Assembly: GCA_020833055.1 (NCBI GenBank)
Contig: JAJHQZ010000001.1
Location: forward strand, 301,141 to 365,140
Source of the DNA: Candidatus Korarchaeum sp.
GTDB taxonomy: Archaea > Korarchaeota > Korarchaeia > Korarchaeales > Korarchaeaceae
DNA length: 64,000 nucleotides
Direction of reading: 5' to 3'
Both the position numbers and the translations under genes were made by a program. This document shows positions 44,846-55,050 of the stretch, in pieces. Numbering within the stretch: the first letter of the stretch is position 1; every line of letters begins with the position of its first letter. Below the pieces are notes generated by a model that was not told where the DNA came from, did not search any database, and saw nothing but the letters and a program-made list of their open reading frames with translations.

Positions 44846-45967
44846 GTGAGCTCGAGATTAATGCTAGCCTTACGCTTATATAGTGAGGGTAAGGTCTCGT
44901 TCTACTCCACGGATCTCGAAGAACTAGCTAAGATGGGGTTACCTTATACTAAGGCCCCTATCTTCTATAATCCGAGGATGAAGCTCAATAGGGATGTGGC
45001 TATCTCAATATTCTCATCCCTGTCCCTTAAGAGCGCAGCTGATCTAATGGCGGCATCGGGTGTCAGGGCACTGAGGCTTAAAGCTGAGGGCGGTGCGGAG
45101 GAAGTATTGGCTTGCGATTCCAATTGCCTATCAGTTCAAATAATAAGGATGAATGTGAAACTAAATAATCTGAGCGGTATCAGAGTGAAATGTTCTGATG
45201 CGAGGCTCGAAGCTGAGAGGATGGCTTGGGAAAATGAGAGAGTAGATTACTTAGACCTAGATCCCTTCGGGTCTCCAGCACCCTTCCTAGACTCCTTCCT
45301 GAGGGCAGTGAGACGCGGGGGTATAATAGGGGTCACTGCTACAGACGAGCCCCCTCTATTCGGTATATATCCCGATAAACTGTTTAGATATTACGGGGTT
45401 TGGGGCAAGAAATTACCATTTTGTAAGGAATTTGGGATAAGATCTCTGATATCCTTCACTATTAGAACCGCGGCGAGATTAGATCTAGCAGCCGAGCCCC
45501 TCTTATCCTACGGGGAGGGGCACTATGTGAGAGCTTACTTCAAGATTGAGAGGGGGGCTGAGAGATCTAAGCGCCTCCTGAAGGAGCTAGGATGGGTCCT
45601 TTACAGAGAGGGAGATTTTGAGATCTTAAGAGGGATAGATGAGATACCTAAGGGGGCGATGGGGCCTATTTGGATTGGAAAGATAATTGAACCCGAATTC
45701 CTCGGGAGATTGAGTCCTCTGAATGATGATGTTAGGAAGCTCTTCGAGAAGCTCAAGGAGGAAGCTGAAGGCCCTCCATTCTACCAAAGACTAGATCTCA
45801 TATGTTCTAAGCTAAATGTTAGGATCCCTAAGCCCAAAATTGTGATAGAATCCCTCAGGGAAATGGGTCACTTCGCAGCTAGATCCCACTTAGATCCCCT
45901 CGGTATTAAGACGACAGCTAAGAGAGAGGAGTTAGAGGATCTAGTCAGGAAACTCACTTCTTCCTGA
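44846..45967 (+). CDS. trm1: tRNA (guanine(26)-N2)-dimethyltransferase
   Basis: FYNPRM..NRD, AASGVRALR, DLDPFGSP.PF, TATD, E.GIR and GP.W.G. Confidence 0.93.
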   Translation: MSSRLMLALRLYSEGKVSFYSTDLEELAKMGLPYTKAPIFYNPRMKLNRDVAISIFSSLSLKSAADLMAASGVRALRLKAEGGAEEVLACDSNCLSVQIIRMNVKLNNLSGIRVKCSDARLEAERMAWENERVDYLDLDPFGSPAPFLDSFLRAVRRGGIIGVTATDEPPLFGIYPDKLFRYYGVWGKKLPFCKEFGIRSLISFTIRTAARLDLAAEPLLSYGEGHYVRAYFKIERGAERSKRLLKELGWVLYREGDFEILRGIDEIPKGAMGPIWIGKIIEPEFLGRLSPLNDDVRKLFEKLKEEAEGPPFYQRLDLICSKLNVRIPKPKIVIESLREMGHFAARSHLDPLGIKTTAKREELEDLVRKLTSS

Positions 45968-46637
45968 AGAGGATCATGGCATGCTTAGGATCGTATGGGG
46001 AGAGGTCTATGGATTCGAGGAGCTCATATCTACCGGTTTCTAAGACCTCCCTCTCAACTCTCTTGTATATCTTCTTGGGGGAGAGTGTGACATCTATACT
46101 GCTCGCCTTGACAGCTATGATAGCTACCCCACCGCTCTTCAGGAATAAGTCAGAGTTCTTGAGCAAGATATCTACTTGATCCGGTTGAGCGACATCCTCA
46201 TAGATGACATCGACCTCTGTAACGAGCCAACTATAGTTGTAAGGTCTCCTAGCGCTCTCCAATATCGGAACGATATTCTTCCTGAATTCGGCTACTCTAA
46301 GAAGATCTCTCATCACCCAGTGCGCTACCTCTACTCCGAATATCACCCCGCTCTCCTCTATAATATCGCTTATATGAGAGGCAGTCGTGCCAGAGGCTAT
46401 GCCGAGGTAGAGGACCTTGGATCCCCTCCTGAACGGGAAGTTCTTCAATCCATTGTATATCGCTGCAGCTAACTTCGATCTCTTCGGGTTCCATATCCTG
46501 TATTCCACACCCTGAACTTCCCTCAATGTCTCATCGTATACTTTGATCCCGGGAGTTAAGTTCCTCGTGGCCAAAAGCTTCTTCCCGTCCAAAATCCAGT
46601 AAACATTCTTAAAATTTTCATCCTCCTTTACTCTCAC
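45954..46637 (-). CDS. flpA: Fibrillarin-like rRNA/tRNA 2'-O-methyltransferase
   Basis: YR.WNP.RSKLAAA, VLYLG.ASGTT.SH.SD, DVAQPDQ and L.PY...HA. Confidence 0.96.
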   Translation of the reverse strand: MRVKEDENFKNVYWILDGKKLLATRNLTPGIKVYDETLREVQGVEYRIWNPKRSKLAAAIYNGLKNFPFRRGSKVLYLGIASGTTASHISDIIEESGVIFGVEVAHWVMRDLLRVAEFRKNIVPILESARRPYNYSWLVTEVDVIYEDVAQPDQVDILLKNSDLFLKSGGVAIIAVKASSIDVTLSPKKIYKRVEREVLETGRYELLESIDLSPYDPKHAMILFRKK

Positions 46638-47769
46638 TCTTAACAGCCTCCAACAGTTTCTTAATTTTCTCTTCTATCTCCATCCTCAAGCGATCCCCTA
46701 TGTACTTCCCATTCCCATAGACATCGACTCTGGCAGCTATCGCTATCTTAGTAGCTAGAAGCCTGGATATCTTCCCTCTCAAGCTCCTCGGGGCTCCTCT
46801 CACCTCCTTAGCTTGGAAGATGACGCCGTGTTTCGGGGGTTTCGTCCCCTTAGTTAAGTGCATGAATATCGCCTTATGAGCGCCTAATATCTGTATTGAG
46901 CTAGCAGGAAGACTAGCAAGCCTCTCAAGACTTCCCGCAATAGCTATCAATCTAGCACCAACCATAGGATGAACTACAGCTGATAGATTCGGGGCAGCTC
47001 TCTTCATTAGGTCTTCTATATAGAGCTCCATTTCTCTTTTAGCCTCATAAAGCTCAAGCCAACTTAATGCTGCTCTCCTTATCGCTTGAAGATCTGTATC
47101 ACTCAAATCAGCTCCAATAGAATCTCTTGAAGCCTTAATTATCTTCTTAATGGTCTTCTCATCGAAACCCGCTTCCTCAAGAACTCTCTGATTCAACTTC
47201 CTCCTATCTGGTTCTATGGATATGAGCTTCATGAAATCGTAGTGATCCTCTATTAGTTCATCGAGCTCAGGGAAGTGTATAGAGTACCACTCCCTTATAG
47301 TAGGCGCTATTATATTCAACGCTTTGTTCGAATGGTCGACGAAATCAATAGCCTTTATAACTTGTTGATCTAGGGAGCTGAGCCTCTCCCTAACGCCAGA
47401 CTTCGAGAGCAGGATGCCTAACTCATTCAGGATCTGGAAGTACTCTTTCTGCTTGATCTCTCCCCAAGCTTGGGAGGCGTATTTCAGAGGGGAGCTCCTG
47501 ATCGCGGAGAAGGGCTTCTCACTCGGTGATAATACAGAAGCTCTCCCCATCCCATCTAAGACCTCCTTGAGGATAGAATCGTTGACTACTATCTCATCGG
47601 CATCTACACCCGATAATATCTTACTCACCGCTTCCCTTACGAATACCCTCCTCTCTAGTATACTCGCGATAGCCCCCACATCCCTAGGGAAGGGTACGAG
47701 CTCTAGCAACTTCCCATTCTCATCGAGCAATAAGATACCGTAAGGTTGTATCGCTAAGAATACTCTCAA
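46618..47769 (-). CDS. nop5: C/D box RNP protein Nop5 (Nop56/58)
   Basis: REWY..HFPEL, APNL..V.....GARLI..AG.LE.LA.LPAS.IQ.LGA and PKHGVIF. Confidence 0.95.
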   Translation of the reverse strand: MRVFLAIQPYGILLLDENGKLLELVPFPRDVGAIASILERRVFVREAVSKILSGVDADEIVVNDSILKEVLDGMGRASVLSPSEKPFSAIRSSPLKYASQAWGEIKQKEYFQILNELGILLSKSGVRERLSSLDQQVIKAIDFVDHSNKALNIIAPTIREWYSIHFPELDELIEDHYDFMKLISIEPDRRKLNQRVLEEAGFDEKTIKKIIKASRDSIGADLSDTDLQAIRRAALSWLELYEAKREMELYIEDLMKRAAPNLSAVVHPMVGARLIAIAGSLERLASLPASSIQILGAHKAIFMHLTKGTKPPKHGVIFQAKEVRGAPRSLRGKISRLLATKIAIAARVDVYGNGKYIGDRLRMEIEEKIKKLLEAVKSESKGG

Positions 47770-47778
47770 GAGGACCCC

Positions 47779-47946
47779 TCATATCGGATGTTGTCCGGGT
47801 TTCCTATTGAGCACATACCTCTTATAGTACAGGAGCTTCATCCTGACTCTAGGTGGGGGGCTCCTCCTCTCCCTAGCCTCTACTTTGGGAGTGAGCGATC
47901 TAACTTTACCCGCTTTATTTAGGGCACCGTGAGTTCCCCTGGGCAT
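47779..47946 (-). CDS. rps30e: 30S ribosomal protein S30e (55 aa; not in ORF track)
   Basis: Manual translation MPRGTHGALNKAGKVRSLTPKVEARERRSPPPRVRMKLLYYKRYVLNRKPGQHPI contains the HG.L.KAGKVR..TPK signature. Confidence 0.95.
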   Translation of the reverse strand: MPRGTHGALNKAGKVRSLTPKVEARERRSPPPRVRMKLLYYKRYVLNRKPGQHPI

Positions 47947-48072
47947 CCTCTCACTATGGCTAAGTGGGGCTCCCCATTAATATACGTTTGCATGAGTTAC
48001 GTGCCAACATTTACATGTGATCCATGGACTTAGGGACATTCGACCTTTCGAAGCCCCGAATATACCACGTAG

Positions 48073-50067
48073 CTATTGGAAGAGCTCCGATGTCTCTCTC
48101 TTTTCATCTCTCTTCATCAGTAATTGCCTATAGTCCTCTATCAAACTCACTATATCGAACTCAGTGCCTCTCTTCAACTCCTTATTTTCTCCGCTTCTAG
48201 CTAGCAACTTCAGGGCTTCATCCATCGGTATCACTGGTGTTATCCCATTCCAAGCTATCCTATAATTCTCCTCAGAGTCGACGAATATGCCTTCCTCTGA
48301 AGCTCTCATCAGGAAATCCGGGGGAGGGGGCCTACCCCTATAGAGTAAGATCTTGACCCCAATGCTCTTAAGTTTCTTGACGACGCTACTACTAGCTCCT
48401 GAAGCATCTAAAACTAATATGACCTCAGCGTTCTCATTCATAGAATCTATCTTTTCCTTAGCCAGTGAGGAGAGTACCTTGATCTTTATCCCAGGTATCT
48501 CGCTCCTCTCAGATAATGCCTTCAACTGGGATCTTAGGAGTTCGTTCTGCCACCTCTCCCTCTCTAACTCCTTCTCCAACTCCCTTATCCTAGAATCCCT
48601 AGCGGATATCCTCCTGTCTATCTCTATCTCCAAGTTCCTCATCTCCTCTAGGTACTCTATCCTCCTCCGGAGATCTGATATCTCCTCATCCTTCTTCCTT
48701 ATCATCTCTTTGTACCTCTCTATCTCCTCCTTTAGCTCCCTTATCTTCAAAATAAGCCTCTTAACGTAATTATCCGCTCTAGCCAACTCCTTCCTCAACT
48801 CGAAGTACTTAGATTCCCTCCCGACTTCCTTAGAGGAGAACTCCTCTAAAGCTGCGGATATAGGTGTCCCCTTCAGGACTCTGCTCAATATGAGATCAGC
48901 GTCCTTCCCGAGGCCCGCTTCCTCAATTCTAGCCCTCGCTTTAGCTATAAGATTCTTAACTCTCTGGTATGCCTTCAAGGCTGCGGCGAGCGAATCCCTC
49001 TCATGCGAGCTCTCCACCCTTATCCCCTTCCTCTCCTCGAACTCCATAACTATTTTCCTCTTCTCTTCAGCTTTCATATCATATTTAGCAACAATAAGCT
49101 TAGAATCGAACATATTAGCTATCCTAACTACGCTTTTCGGGGGAGGATTTACATCTGTCGCTATTATGACGGGGTATCCGTAATTCAGTATCTCCTCAAT
49201 TATCTCAGATCTGGAAGCTCTCCTCATCGTTCTGAGGGAGAGCAATTCGCCATTCAAGTCCATTATCGCTAGGCCAATGGACATACCGGGATCTATGCCC
49301 ACTATCAGTGGCCTGGATTTAGGCAGAGTTGAGAACTGCTCTCCAGGGAACTTCACTTTGCTCTTCCAGGAATGCGATATTATTATCCTGAAGGGCGACC
49401 ACTCGCTGCTCTCCTTTATCACTTTCTTCACTTCCTCAGGATCCGCGTAAACTATGAATTCAGCCCTCCTAAGCCCTCCTGAAGCCCTCTCAACGTAAAG
49501 ATCATAGTCTAAATTAGCTTTATCGAGCTCAGTAGCTATCCTATTCGCCTCGCTCAATATACTAGCTTCTATAGACCTCCTCCACCTATCGCTCCCAGAT
49601 CCCCCTTGCTTAACGCTCCTGTTCCTCGTGACCAATATCCTGGTCTCCGGGTACATAGCGATAGCTTCCATCCCGATGCCGAGCATAGCTAAGTTTGCTA
49701 CTACCCTAGCTGTGCCCAGGGGATCGGAGTGAGATGGCGAGGGTAGTCCTGCTTCCTTAGCTATCGAGGACAAGGGCCTTATACCGTTAGGCGATCCAGT
49801 GACTTGGACGAGCTTGCACTTAGGTGGTAACTTCTCCATCACCCTCCTGAGGTCACTAGAATCCGAGGCTATCTCGAAAACGTTATCTGTCGCTAAAATA
49901 TTCACATCATACTTCCTCAGGAGATCAAGCACATCATCCAGAGTCACCTCATCAGCTTCGAATAGGACCCCTCCCTCACCGAGGATAGAGATCGAATATA
50001 AGGGCTTCTTACTGGACCTCGGAGACCCTGACTTTATATCTATCCCAGCTACCCTCAAATCCGCCAT
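48073..50067 (-). CDS. DUF460-domain protein (COG2433-like; RNase H-like domains plus coiled coil)
   Basis: IVGIDPG...GLA..DL.G, P.I.ATDV.P.P..V, H.RD.LAAA.KAY and a long coiled coil. Confidence 0.85.
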   Translation of the reverse strand: MADLRVAGIDIKSGSPRSSKKPLYSISILGEGGVLFEADEVTLDDVLDLLRKYDVNILATDNVFEIASDSSDLRRVMEKLPPKCKLVQVTGSPNGIRPLSSIAKEAGLPSPSHSDPLGTARVVANLAMLGIGMEAIAMYPETRILVTRNRSVKQGGSGSDRWRRSIEASILSEANRIATELDKANLDYDLYVERASGGLRRAEFIVYADPEEVKKVIKESSEWSPFRIIISHSWKSKVKFPGEQFSTLPKSRPLIVGIDPGMSIGLAIMDLNGELLSLRTMRRASRSEIIEEILNYGYPVIIATDVNPPPKSVVRIANMFDSKLIVAKYDMKAEEKRKIVMEFEERKGIRVESSHERDSLAAALKAYQRVKNLIAKARARIEEAGLGKDADLILSRVLKGTPISAALEEFSSKEVGRESKYFELRKELARADNYVKRLILKIRELKEEIERYKEMIRKKDEEISDLRRRIEYLEEMRNLEIEIDRRISARDSRIRELEKELERERWQNELLRSQLKALSERSEIPGIKIKVLSSLAKEKIDSMNENAEVILVLDASGASSSVVKKLKSIGVKILLYRGRPPPPDFLMRASEEGIFVDSEENYRIAWNGITPVIPMDEALKLLARSGENKELKRGTEFDIVSLIEDYRQLLMKRDEKRETSELFQ

Positions 50068-50121
50068 TCAGTTTGATGCTGGATAGTTGCTTTATTAAAG
50101 TTTACCCTAAATCGATCGTGG

Positions 50122-51408
50122 ATGAGAGGTAAGTTGATAGTCCCGATCCTCATGTTGCTCCAGCTCAACCCCCTGCCTTTGCTATCACAAGGAGGGGTCT
50201 ATGTCCAGATAGAGCCGAGGGAACCATGCATAGCAGGATTTCCCTGTAAGATAAATGTCTCCATATCCAATAGCGATGGAACTATATTGCTGCATAAACT
50301 TAGGCTCATAACACCTTGGGGGGGATTCGTGAAGGACTTGGGACTGAGGGAAGTGAGAACTGGTGAGTCCCTGAGAGTACAAGTAATCGTGAATGTGAGC
50401 ATAGACTCCCTGGAGGGCCCGAACTTCCTGAGACCGGAGCTCATATACTTCCTCAGGGGGGAGATAGGGATGAAGAGCACTCAAGGGAATTCCTCAGCTA
50501 TCTTAATTCAACGTCCCAAGATCGTAACTAGCCTCTTAGCCTCTCCCCTGAGTTATCAGATCTCCTTAGGTGAGCCTCTGATCTTAGAGGGGAGCTTCAG
50601 GGTTGATGGGATTCCAAGCGACTTTTACCCAACGATGAGCGTTTATGTAGATGGTGTTCCAGTTATAGAGAAGAGAATGGACTCATCGAGTGGACTCTTC
50701 TCGATACAAGTTCCATTAGCTAAACCAGGCATTCATGAGGTCAATTTGAGTCTCTGCTACTTGATAGGATGCGAATCCAGGACTTTCAGTGTTGTAGTTG
50801 TTGAGGCTCCCAAGGAACAGTTATCGATCGAATTGAACTCAACGAAGAGGTACTTCCAGGATCTCCTGAACTACTATAGGACCGCAGTCAATGATACGAT
50901 ACCAATCTCGAGTTATGTGCTCTCCAATATATCGGCGATAGATTCCTTGATCAGTGAAGCTGAGGGTATCTTGAGTAAGAATATATCGGGAGGTGATCAG
51001 AGAGCTAAGGATCTCCTCAACAGATCGAGGGAGCTCATCTCCCTCACTATGGGGGAGATCACCAAAGCATACAGGGAAACTCTTTTATCAAAATTACATG
51101 ATTTAAGAAATGAGCTGGATTCAATTTCTAAAATAATAGATGAGAAGACCTACAGGGAGATCAACACCAGCTTGGGTGAACTCGAGAATGAGGTGATATC
51201 GATATCCCCGAGCAATGCCTCGAAAACTTATCGGGATGTCATGAGCGAGATCGAGAGTATAAAGAAGATAATAAATTCCAAGAGGGAGAGTCTAATGAGC
51301 GATGTCGCTAAACTATCCTTAGTCCTAGTGACCCTCCTCCTGATTTCAATCGTTTCTATAACAATGCTTATCTTGAGGGCTTGGAGAGGGGAGGTTAGGC
51401 CAGGGTGA
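50122..51408 (+). CDS. Hypothetical secreted/membrane-anchored protein
   Basis: Signal-like N-terminus, beta-rich (Ig-like) region, helical region and C-terminal TM followed by basic residues. Confidence 0.6.
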   Translation: MRGKLIVPILMLLQLNPLPLLSQGGVYVQIEPREPCIAGFPCKINVSISNSDGTILLHKLRLITPWGGFVKDLGLREVRTGESLRVQVIVNVSIDSLEGPNFLRPELIYFLRGEIGMKSTQGNSSAILIQRPKIVTSLLASPLSYQISLGEPLILEGSFRVDGIPSDFYPTMSVYVDGVPVIEKRMDSSSGLFSIQVPLAKPGIHEVNLSLCYLIGCESRTFSVVVVEAPKEQLSIELNSTKRYFQDLLNYYRTAVNDTIPISSYVLSNISAIDSLISEAEGILSKNISGGDQRAKDLLNRSRELISLTMGEITKAYRETLLSKLHDLRNELDSISKIIDEKTYREINTSLGELENEVISISPSNASKTYRDVMSEIESIKKIINSKRESLMSDVAKLSLVLVTLLLISIVSITMLILRAWRGEVRPG

Positions 51409-51412
51409 TCAA

Positions 51413-53206
51413 ATGTGCGGGATAGTGGGGATCATCAGGAGCAAACAGGGGGTGCTCTCAGATCTACTCAAATCCCTTAAGAGCCTCGAATACAGAGGCT
51501 ATGACTCCGCTGGGATCGCGATCTCGCTCGGAGAGGAGATATTCATCGTGAAGGGAGTCGGGACGATAGATCAAGTCATAAGAGGCGTTGAGATACCCGA
51601 TGGGAGTATAGGGATAGGGCACACTAGATGGGCGACTCACGGTGGTGTGAGTTTTGAGAACGCTCATCCTCATACATCTTGCGATGGGAAGATAGCGGTA
51701 GTTCACAACGGTACCTTGGATGGGTTCGAGCAGTTGAGGGATTATCTGAGAGCGAGGGGTCACGTATTCAGATCCGAGACAGATACTGAAGTGATAGCTC
51801 ACTTAGTCGAGGAGGGGATGAGGGAGGGATTGGATCCCCTACTATCGCTCCACAGAGCTGTGAGTATGCTGGAGGGAAGTTACGCTATAGCGATGATCCT
51901 AGTCGGGTATAACTCGATATATCTAGCTAGGAGGAAGAGCCCTCTCGTGATAGGGCTGGGAAAGGGGGAGAATTACTGCGCATCCGATGTATCGGCTTTA
52001 TTGCATCTCACTAAGGAGTTCATATTCCTTGAGGATGGGGAGCTCGCTGAGATAACTCCTGAGGGTGTGAGGATCTGGGGAGGGGATGGGGAGCTCGTAG
52101 CTGTAGAGAGGGGGGTCGAGGTAATCGACTGGTCCCCTCAACAGATGGAAAAGGGGAAGTATGAGTACTTCATGCTGAAGGAGATAAATGAGCAACCTCA
52201 TATACTCAGGAAAATAGCTGATACTATAGAGTACTATAAGAAGTTCTCCGAGAGACTCGGATCGATGCTAAAGAGGGGATCTCTATCGATAGTAGCTGCA
52301 GGGACATCTATGCATGCTGGCCTCATAGGTAAATTCTACCTCTCAACACTAGCCGGGTTCGGATCTGATGTGATTATAGCATCCGAATTCCCGGAGTGGT
52401 CGAACCATATCTCGGAGGGGGACGTGATACTAGCCATAAGCCAATCGGGGGAGACTGCTGACGTATTAGAAGCAGTTAGGATAGCTAAGAGTAAGGGAGC
52501 TAAGGTGTTCTCAATAGTTAACGTCCCGGGAAGCACTCTCACGAGGCTCTCGGATGAGTACGTTTTCATACAAGCGGGCCCTGAGATTGGAGTAGCTGCT
52601 ACGAAGACATTCACAGCGCAAGTCGCCTCCCTCTATGTGATATCCTCCATCATCTCAGATCCCAGTTCCTTGGGGGATCTCAGGAGGAAGCTCCTCAGTA
52701 TCTCTGACTCGATCTTGAGGAACATGGGGAGGATCGATGAGGAATCTAAGGAAGTAGCTGTTTTATTGAGGTCGAAGGAGCATGTCTTCTTCCTGGGCAG
52801 GGGTGTGAACTATCCCACGGCTTTAGAAGGGGCCCTCAAACTCAAGGAGATAAGTTACATACATGCGGAGGGTTATGCGGCAGGCGAGTATAAGCACGGG
52901 CCCCTCGCATTAATAGAGAGGGGAGTTCCCGTAATAGCTTTGATACCGAAGGAGAGGTCCCTGCTAAATAAGATAATATATAACTTGATGGAAGTTAAGG
53001 CCAGAGGTTCGTTCACAATAACTATACAGCCACAAGGTCTGAGCTTACCCTCCGATAGGCAACTCGCATTAGATGTAGAAGACGAGCTCACATCACCTCT
53101 GATTTACGCAATTCCTCTCCAGTTAATAGCTTACTACACAGCTCTAGAGCTAGGAAGGAATCCTGATAAGCCTAGGAACTTAGCTAAGAGCGTTACAGTA
53201 GAGTGA
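51413..53206 (+). CDS. glmS: Glutamine-fructose-6-phosphate transaminase (isomerizing)
   Basis: MCGIVG, LEYRGYDSAG, GHTRWATHG, SQSGETAD, EGALKLKEISY.HAEG and PRNLAKSVTVE. Confidence 0.98.
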   Translation: MCGIVGIIRSKQGVLSDLLKSLKSLEYRGYDSAGIAISLGEEIFIVKGVGTIDQVIRGVEIPDGSIGIGHTRWATHGGVSFENAHPHTSCDGKIAVVHNGTLDGFEQLRDYLRARGHVFRSETDTEVIAHLVEEGMREGLDPLLSLHRAVSMLEGSYAIAMILVGYNSIYLARRKSPLVIGLGKGENYCASDVSALLHLTKEFIFLEDGELAEITPEGVRIWGGDGELVAVERGVEVIDWSPQQMEKGKYEYFMLKEINEQPHILRKIADTIEYYKKFSERLGSMLKRGSLSIVAAGTSMHAGLIGKFYLSTLAGFGSDVIIASEFPEWSNHISEGDVILAISQSGETADVLEAVRIAKSKGAKVFSIVNVPGSTLTRLSDEYVFIQAGPEIGVAATKTFTAQVASLYVISSIISDPSSLGDLRRKLLSISDSILRNMGRIDEESKEVAVLLRSKEHVFFLGRGVNYPTALEGALKLKEISYIHAEGYAAGEYKHGPLALIERGVPVIALIPKERSLLNKIIYNLMEVKARGSFTITIQPQGLSLPSDRQLALDVEDELTSPLIYAIPLQLIAYYTALELGRNPDKPRNLAKSVTVE

Positions 53207-53446
53207 TCACTCCAACGTCACGAATAACACATTATTTCCCCTTATGAAGAGAGTTCCCACACTCCTCTTAACTTCTCCAGATGCCGGATCAACTTCTCTC
53301 GCAGAATCTAGCACTAAGTTCATCATCTCATCATAAACAATGAGCTTCCCAACTATCTGGCTTCCGTTCTTCAATCTCACAGTCACTTCTGCACCATGGG
53401 ACTTCTTGAGATGAGATAGGGGGAGTTCCTTACTGGAGCTATCCAT
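53207..53446 (-). CDS. lsm: Sm-like (Lsm/SmAP) RNA-binding protein
   Basis: V.V.LKNG....G.L..YD..MNLVL and G..FIRG.NV.F. Confidence 0.93.
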   Translation of the reverse strand: MDSSSKELPLSHLKKSHGAEVTVRLKNGSQIVGKLIVYDEMMNLVLDSAREVDPASGEVKRSVGTLFIRGNNVLFVTLE

Positions 53447-53490
53447 ATAGATCTACCTCCACCTCCAGTATCAAAAATAAATGCATTTCC

Positions 53491-54123
53491 TCACCTACTG
53501 CTGAGGGCTATCCTCTCTATCTCCTCCTTCCTCCTTATAGCGAAACTCCTGTTCCTATCATACTCTGCAGCTGCAATTATCTCCTCAGCGAGAGCCTCCG
53601 CTAGGCTTCTGGGACTTCTGAAGGCCTTCATAGCAGCTCCTTGTGCTATATGCCTTATAGCCAGATCAACCATCCTACTGGGGGATGTATCAACAGCGTG
53701 GAAGTAACTCACGCCTCCGTACATAATCCTCGTGACCTCCTCCCTTATTATAGAGTTCTCTATAGCATCGAGGAACACTTGAATAGGATTTCTTCCAGTC
53801 CTCAATTCTATTATCTCAAATGCGTACTTTACAGTCCTCAGGGCTTTCAATTTCTTCCCTTGGTTCTTGCTATTGACGTGGTCTTTCTTACTCCCAGCGT
53901 TGATCGCCTGCCCCATCAATCTGTTCACTAACCTCTCTACTATGGGTAGCTCCAGCTTCCCGAACTTCTTATGCTCATGCCTACCTCCCGTATGCGGTAA
54001 GTAAACTGGCTTGAGCGATATGACATTCTTCAATGCTATGTTCTCTATCTTCAAATCATCATAACTCCATTTCCCAAATAATTTTATCTGAGGCCCCGGA
54101 TTGGATCCACTCTCACTACTCAT
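53491..54123 (-). CDS. rps7: 30S ribosomal protein S7
   Basis: KLFGKWS, PHTGGRH..K.F.K...PIVERL.N.LM, NPIQV, VD.SP.R..D and LAEE. Confidence 0.97.
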   Translation of the reverse strand: MSSESGSNPGPQIKLFGKWSYDDLKIENIALKNVISLKPVYLPHTGGRHEHKKFGKLELPIVERLVNRLMGQAINAGSKKDHVNSKNQGKKLKALRTVKYAFEIIELRTGRNPIQVFLDAIENSIIREEVTRIMYGGVSYFHAVDTSPSRMVDLAIRHIAQGAAMKAFRSPRSLAEALAEEIIAAAEYDRNRSFAIRRKEEIERIALSSR

Positions 54124-54128
54124 CCCGA

Positions 54129-54569
54129 TCACCTACTAGGCTTCTCCTTCTTCCCCCTGAGTATAGCTTCTAGAGAGACCCCGTTCACCTTTATCACTTT
54201 GAACCTGACCCCCGGTATATCTCCCATAGACCTACCTTTAGATCCACCTATCCCTTCCACGATCACTTCATCGTGCTCATTTATCACGTTGAGGGCTCCA
54301 TCTCCCGGAGCAAATGCTGTTATTATAACACCGTTCTTCGCTAACTGGACTTTAACAGCTTTTCTGAGTCCTGAGTGCGGCTGCCTGGCCTCGAGACCTA
54401 CTTTCTCGAGCACTATGCCTCTAGCCATAGGGGCCCCCTCGAGAGGATCGAACTTCTCCTTGAGTCTATAGAGCCTCCTCTTCACCCTCCAGCTGTGCAG
54501 CCTCTTCTCCTTATACTTCTCCCTGAGTATCCTAGCAGCGTAAAGGCCCATAGGTGATTTCTTACCCAT
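54129..54569 (-). CDS. rps12: 30S ribosomal protein S12 (uS12)
   Basis: [36 protein letters not shown] and [10 protein letters not shown]. The decoding loop reads QPHSGLRK. Confidence 0.97.
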   Translation of the reverse strand: MGKKSPMGLYAARILREKYKEKRLHSWRVKRRLYRLKEKFDPLEGAPMARGIVLEKVGLEARQPHSGLRKAVKVQLAKNGVIITAFAPGDGALNVINEHDEVIVEGIGGSKGRSMGDIPGVRFKVIKVNGVSLEAILRGKKEKPSR

Positions 54570-54573
54570 ACCA

Positions 54574-55050
54574 TCACCTCGAATCATGAGGTACCCACGT
54601 AGCTATTTTAACGTTGTCTATATCGTACCACCTCTTAGCTAGTAACCTAGTCCTCTTTATCCTCCTCCCGTTCCTCCCGATAGCTAGGCTCTTATCTTCA
54701 TCTGGGACGTAAGCTATTGCCGTGATACCGTCATCTTGATGAACTATTTTCACTTTCTGAACTCTAGCTGGGCTCAAAAGATTAGCTATGAATCCCTCGG
54801 GACTATCGTCGAACTCGACGACCTCTATGTCATAATCTAAATCCCCCTTTAGGAACTTCTTCATAGCTTTCAACTTCCTGCCCCCCTTCCCGACGGCTCT
54901 TCCGAGATCCCCTTTCTCGACGACGAATATCAGCCTGTTCTCATCTCTGTCCTCGACTACGTCCCTAGGGCTGACTCCCAGCATATCCTGGAAGAGCTTT
55001 ATATACCTCAATTGCTCTGGAGCTATAGTGACCTTCCTCCTAGTTATCAT
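54574..55050 (-). CDS. nusA: Archaeal NusA (KH-domain) transcription factor
   Basis: LRYI.LF, V..G..G.A.GKGG, IEVVE, F..N...PA and AIG.NG; lies in the RNAP operon. Confidence 0.92.
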   Translation of the reverse strand: MITRRKVTIAPEQLRYIKLFQDMLGVSPRDVVEDRDENRLIFVVEKGDLGRAVGKGGRKLKAMKKFLKGDLDYDIEVVEFDDSPEGFIANLLSPARVQKVKIVHQDDGITAIAYVPDEDKSLAIGRNGRRIKRTRLLAKRWYDIDNVKIATWVPHDSR

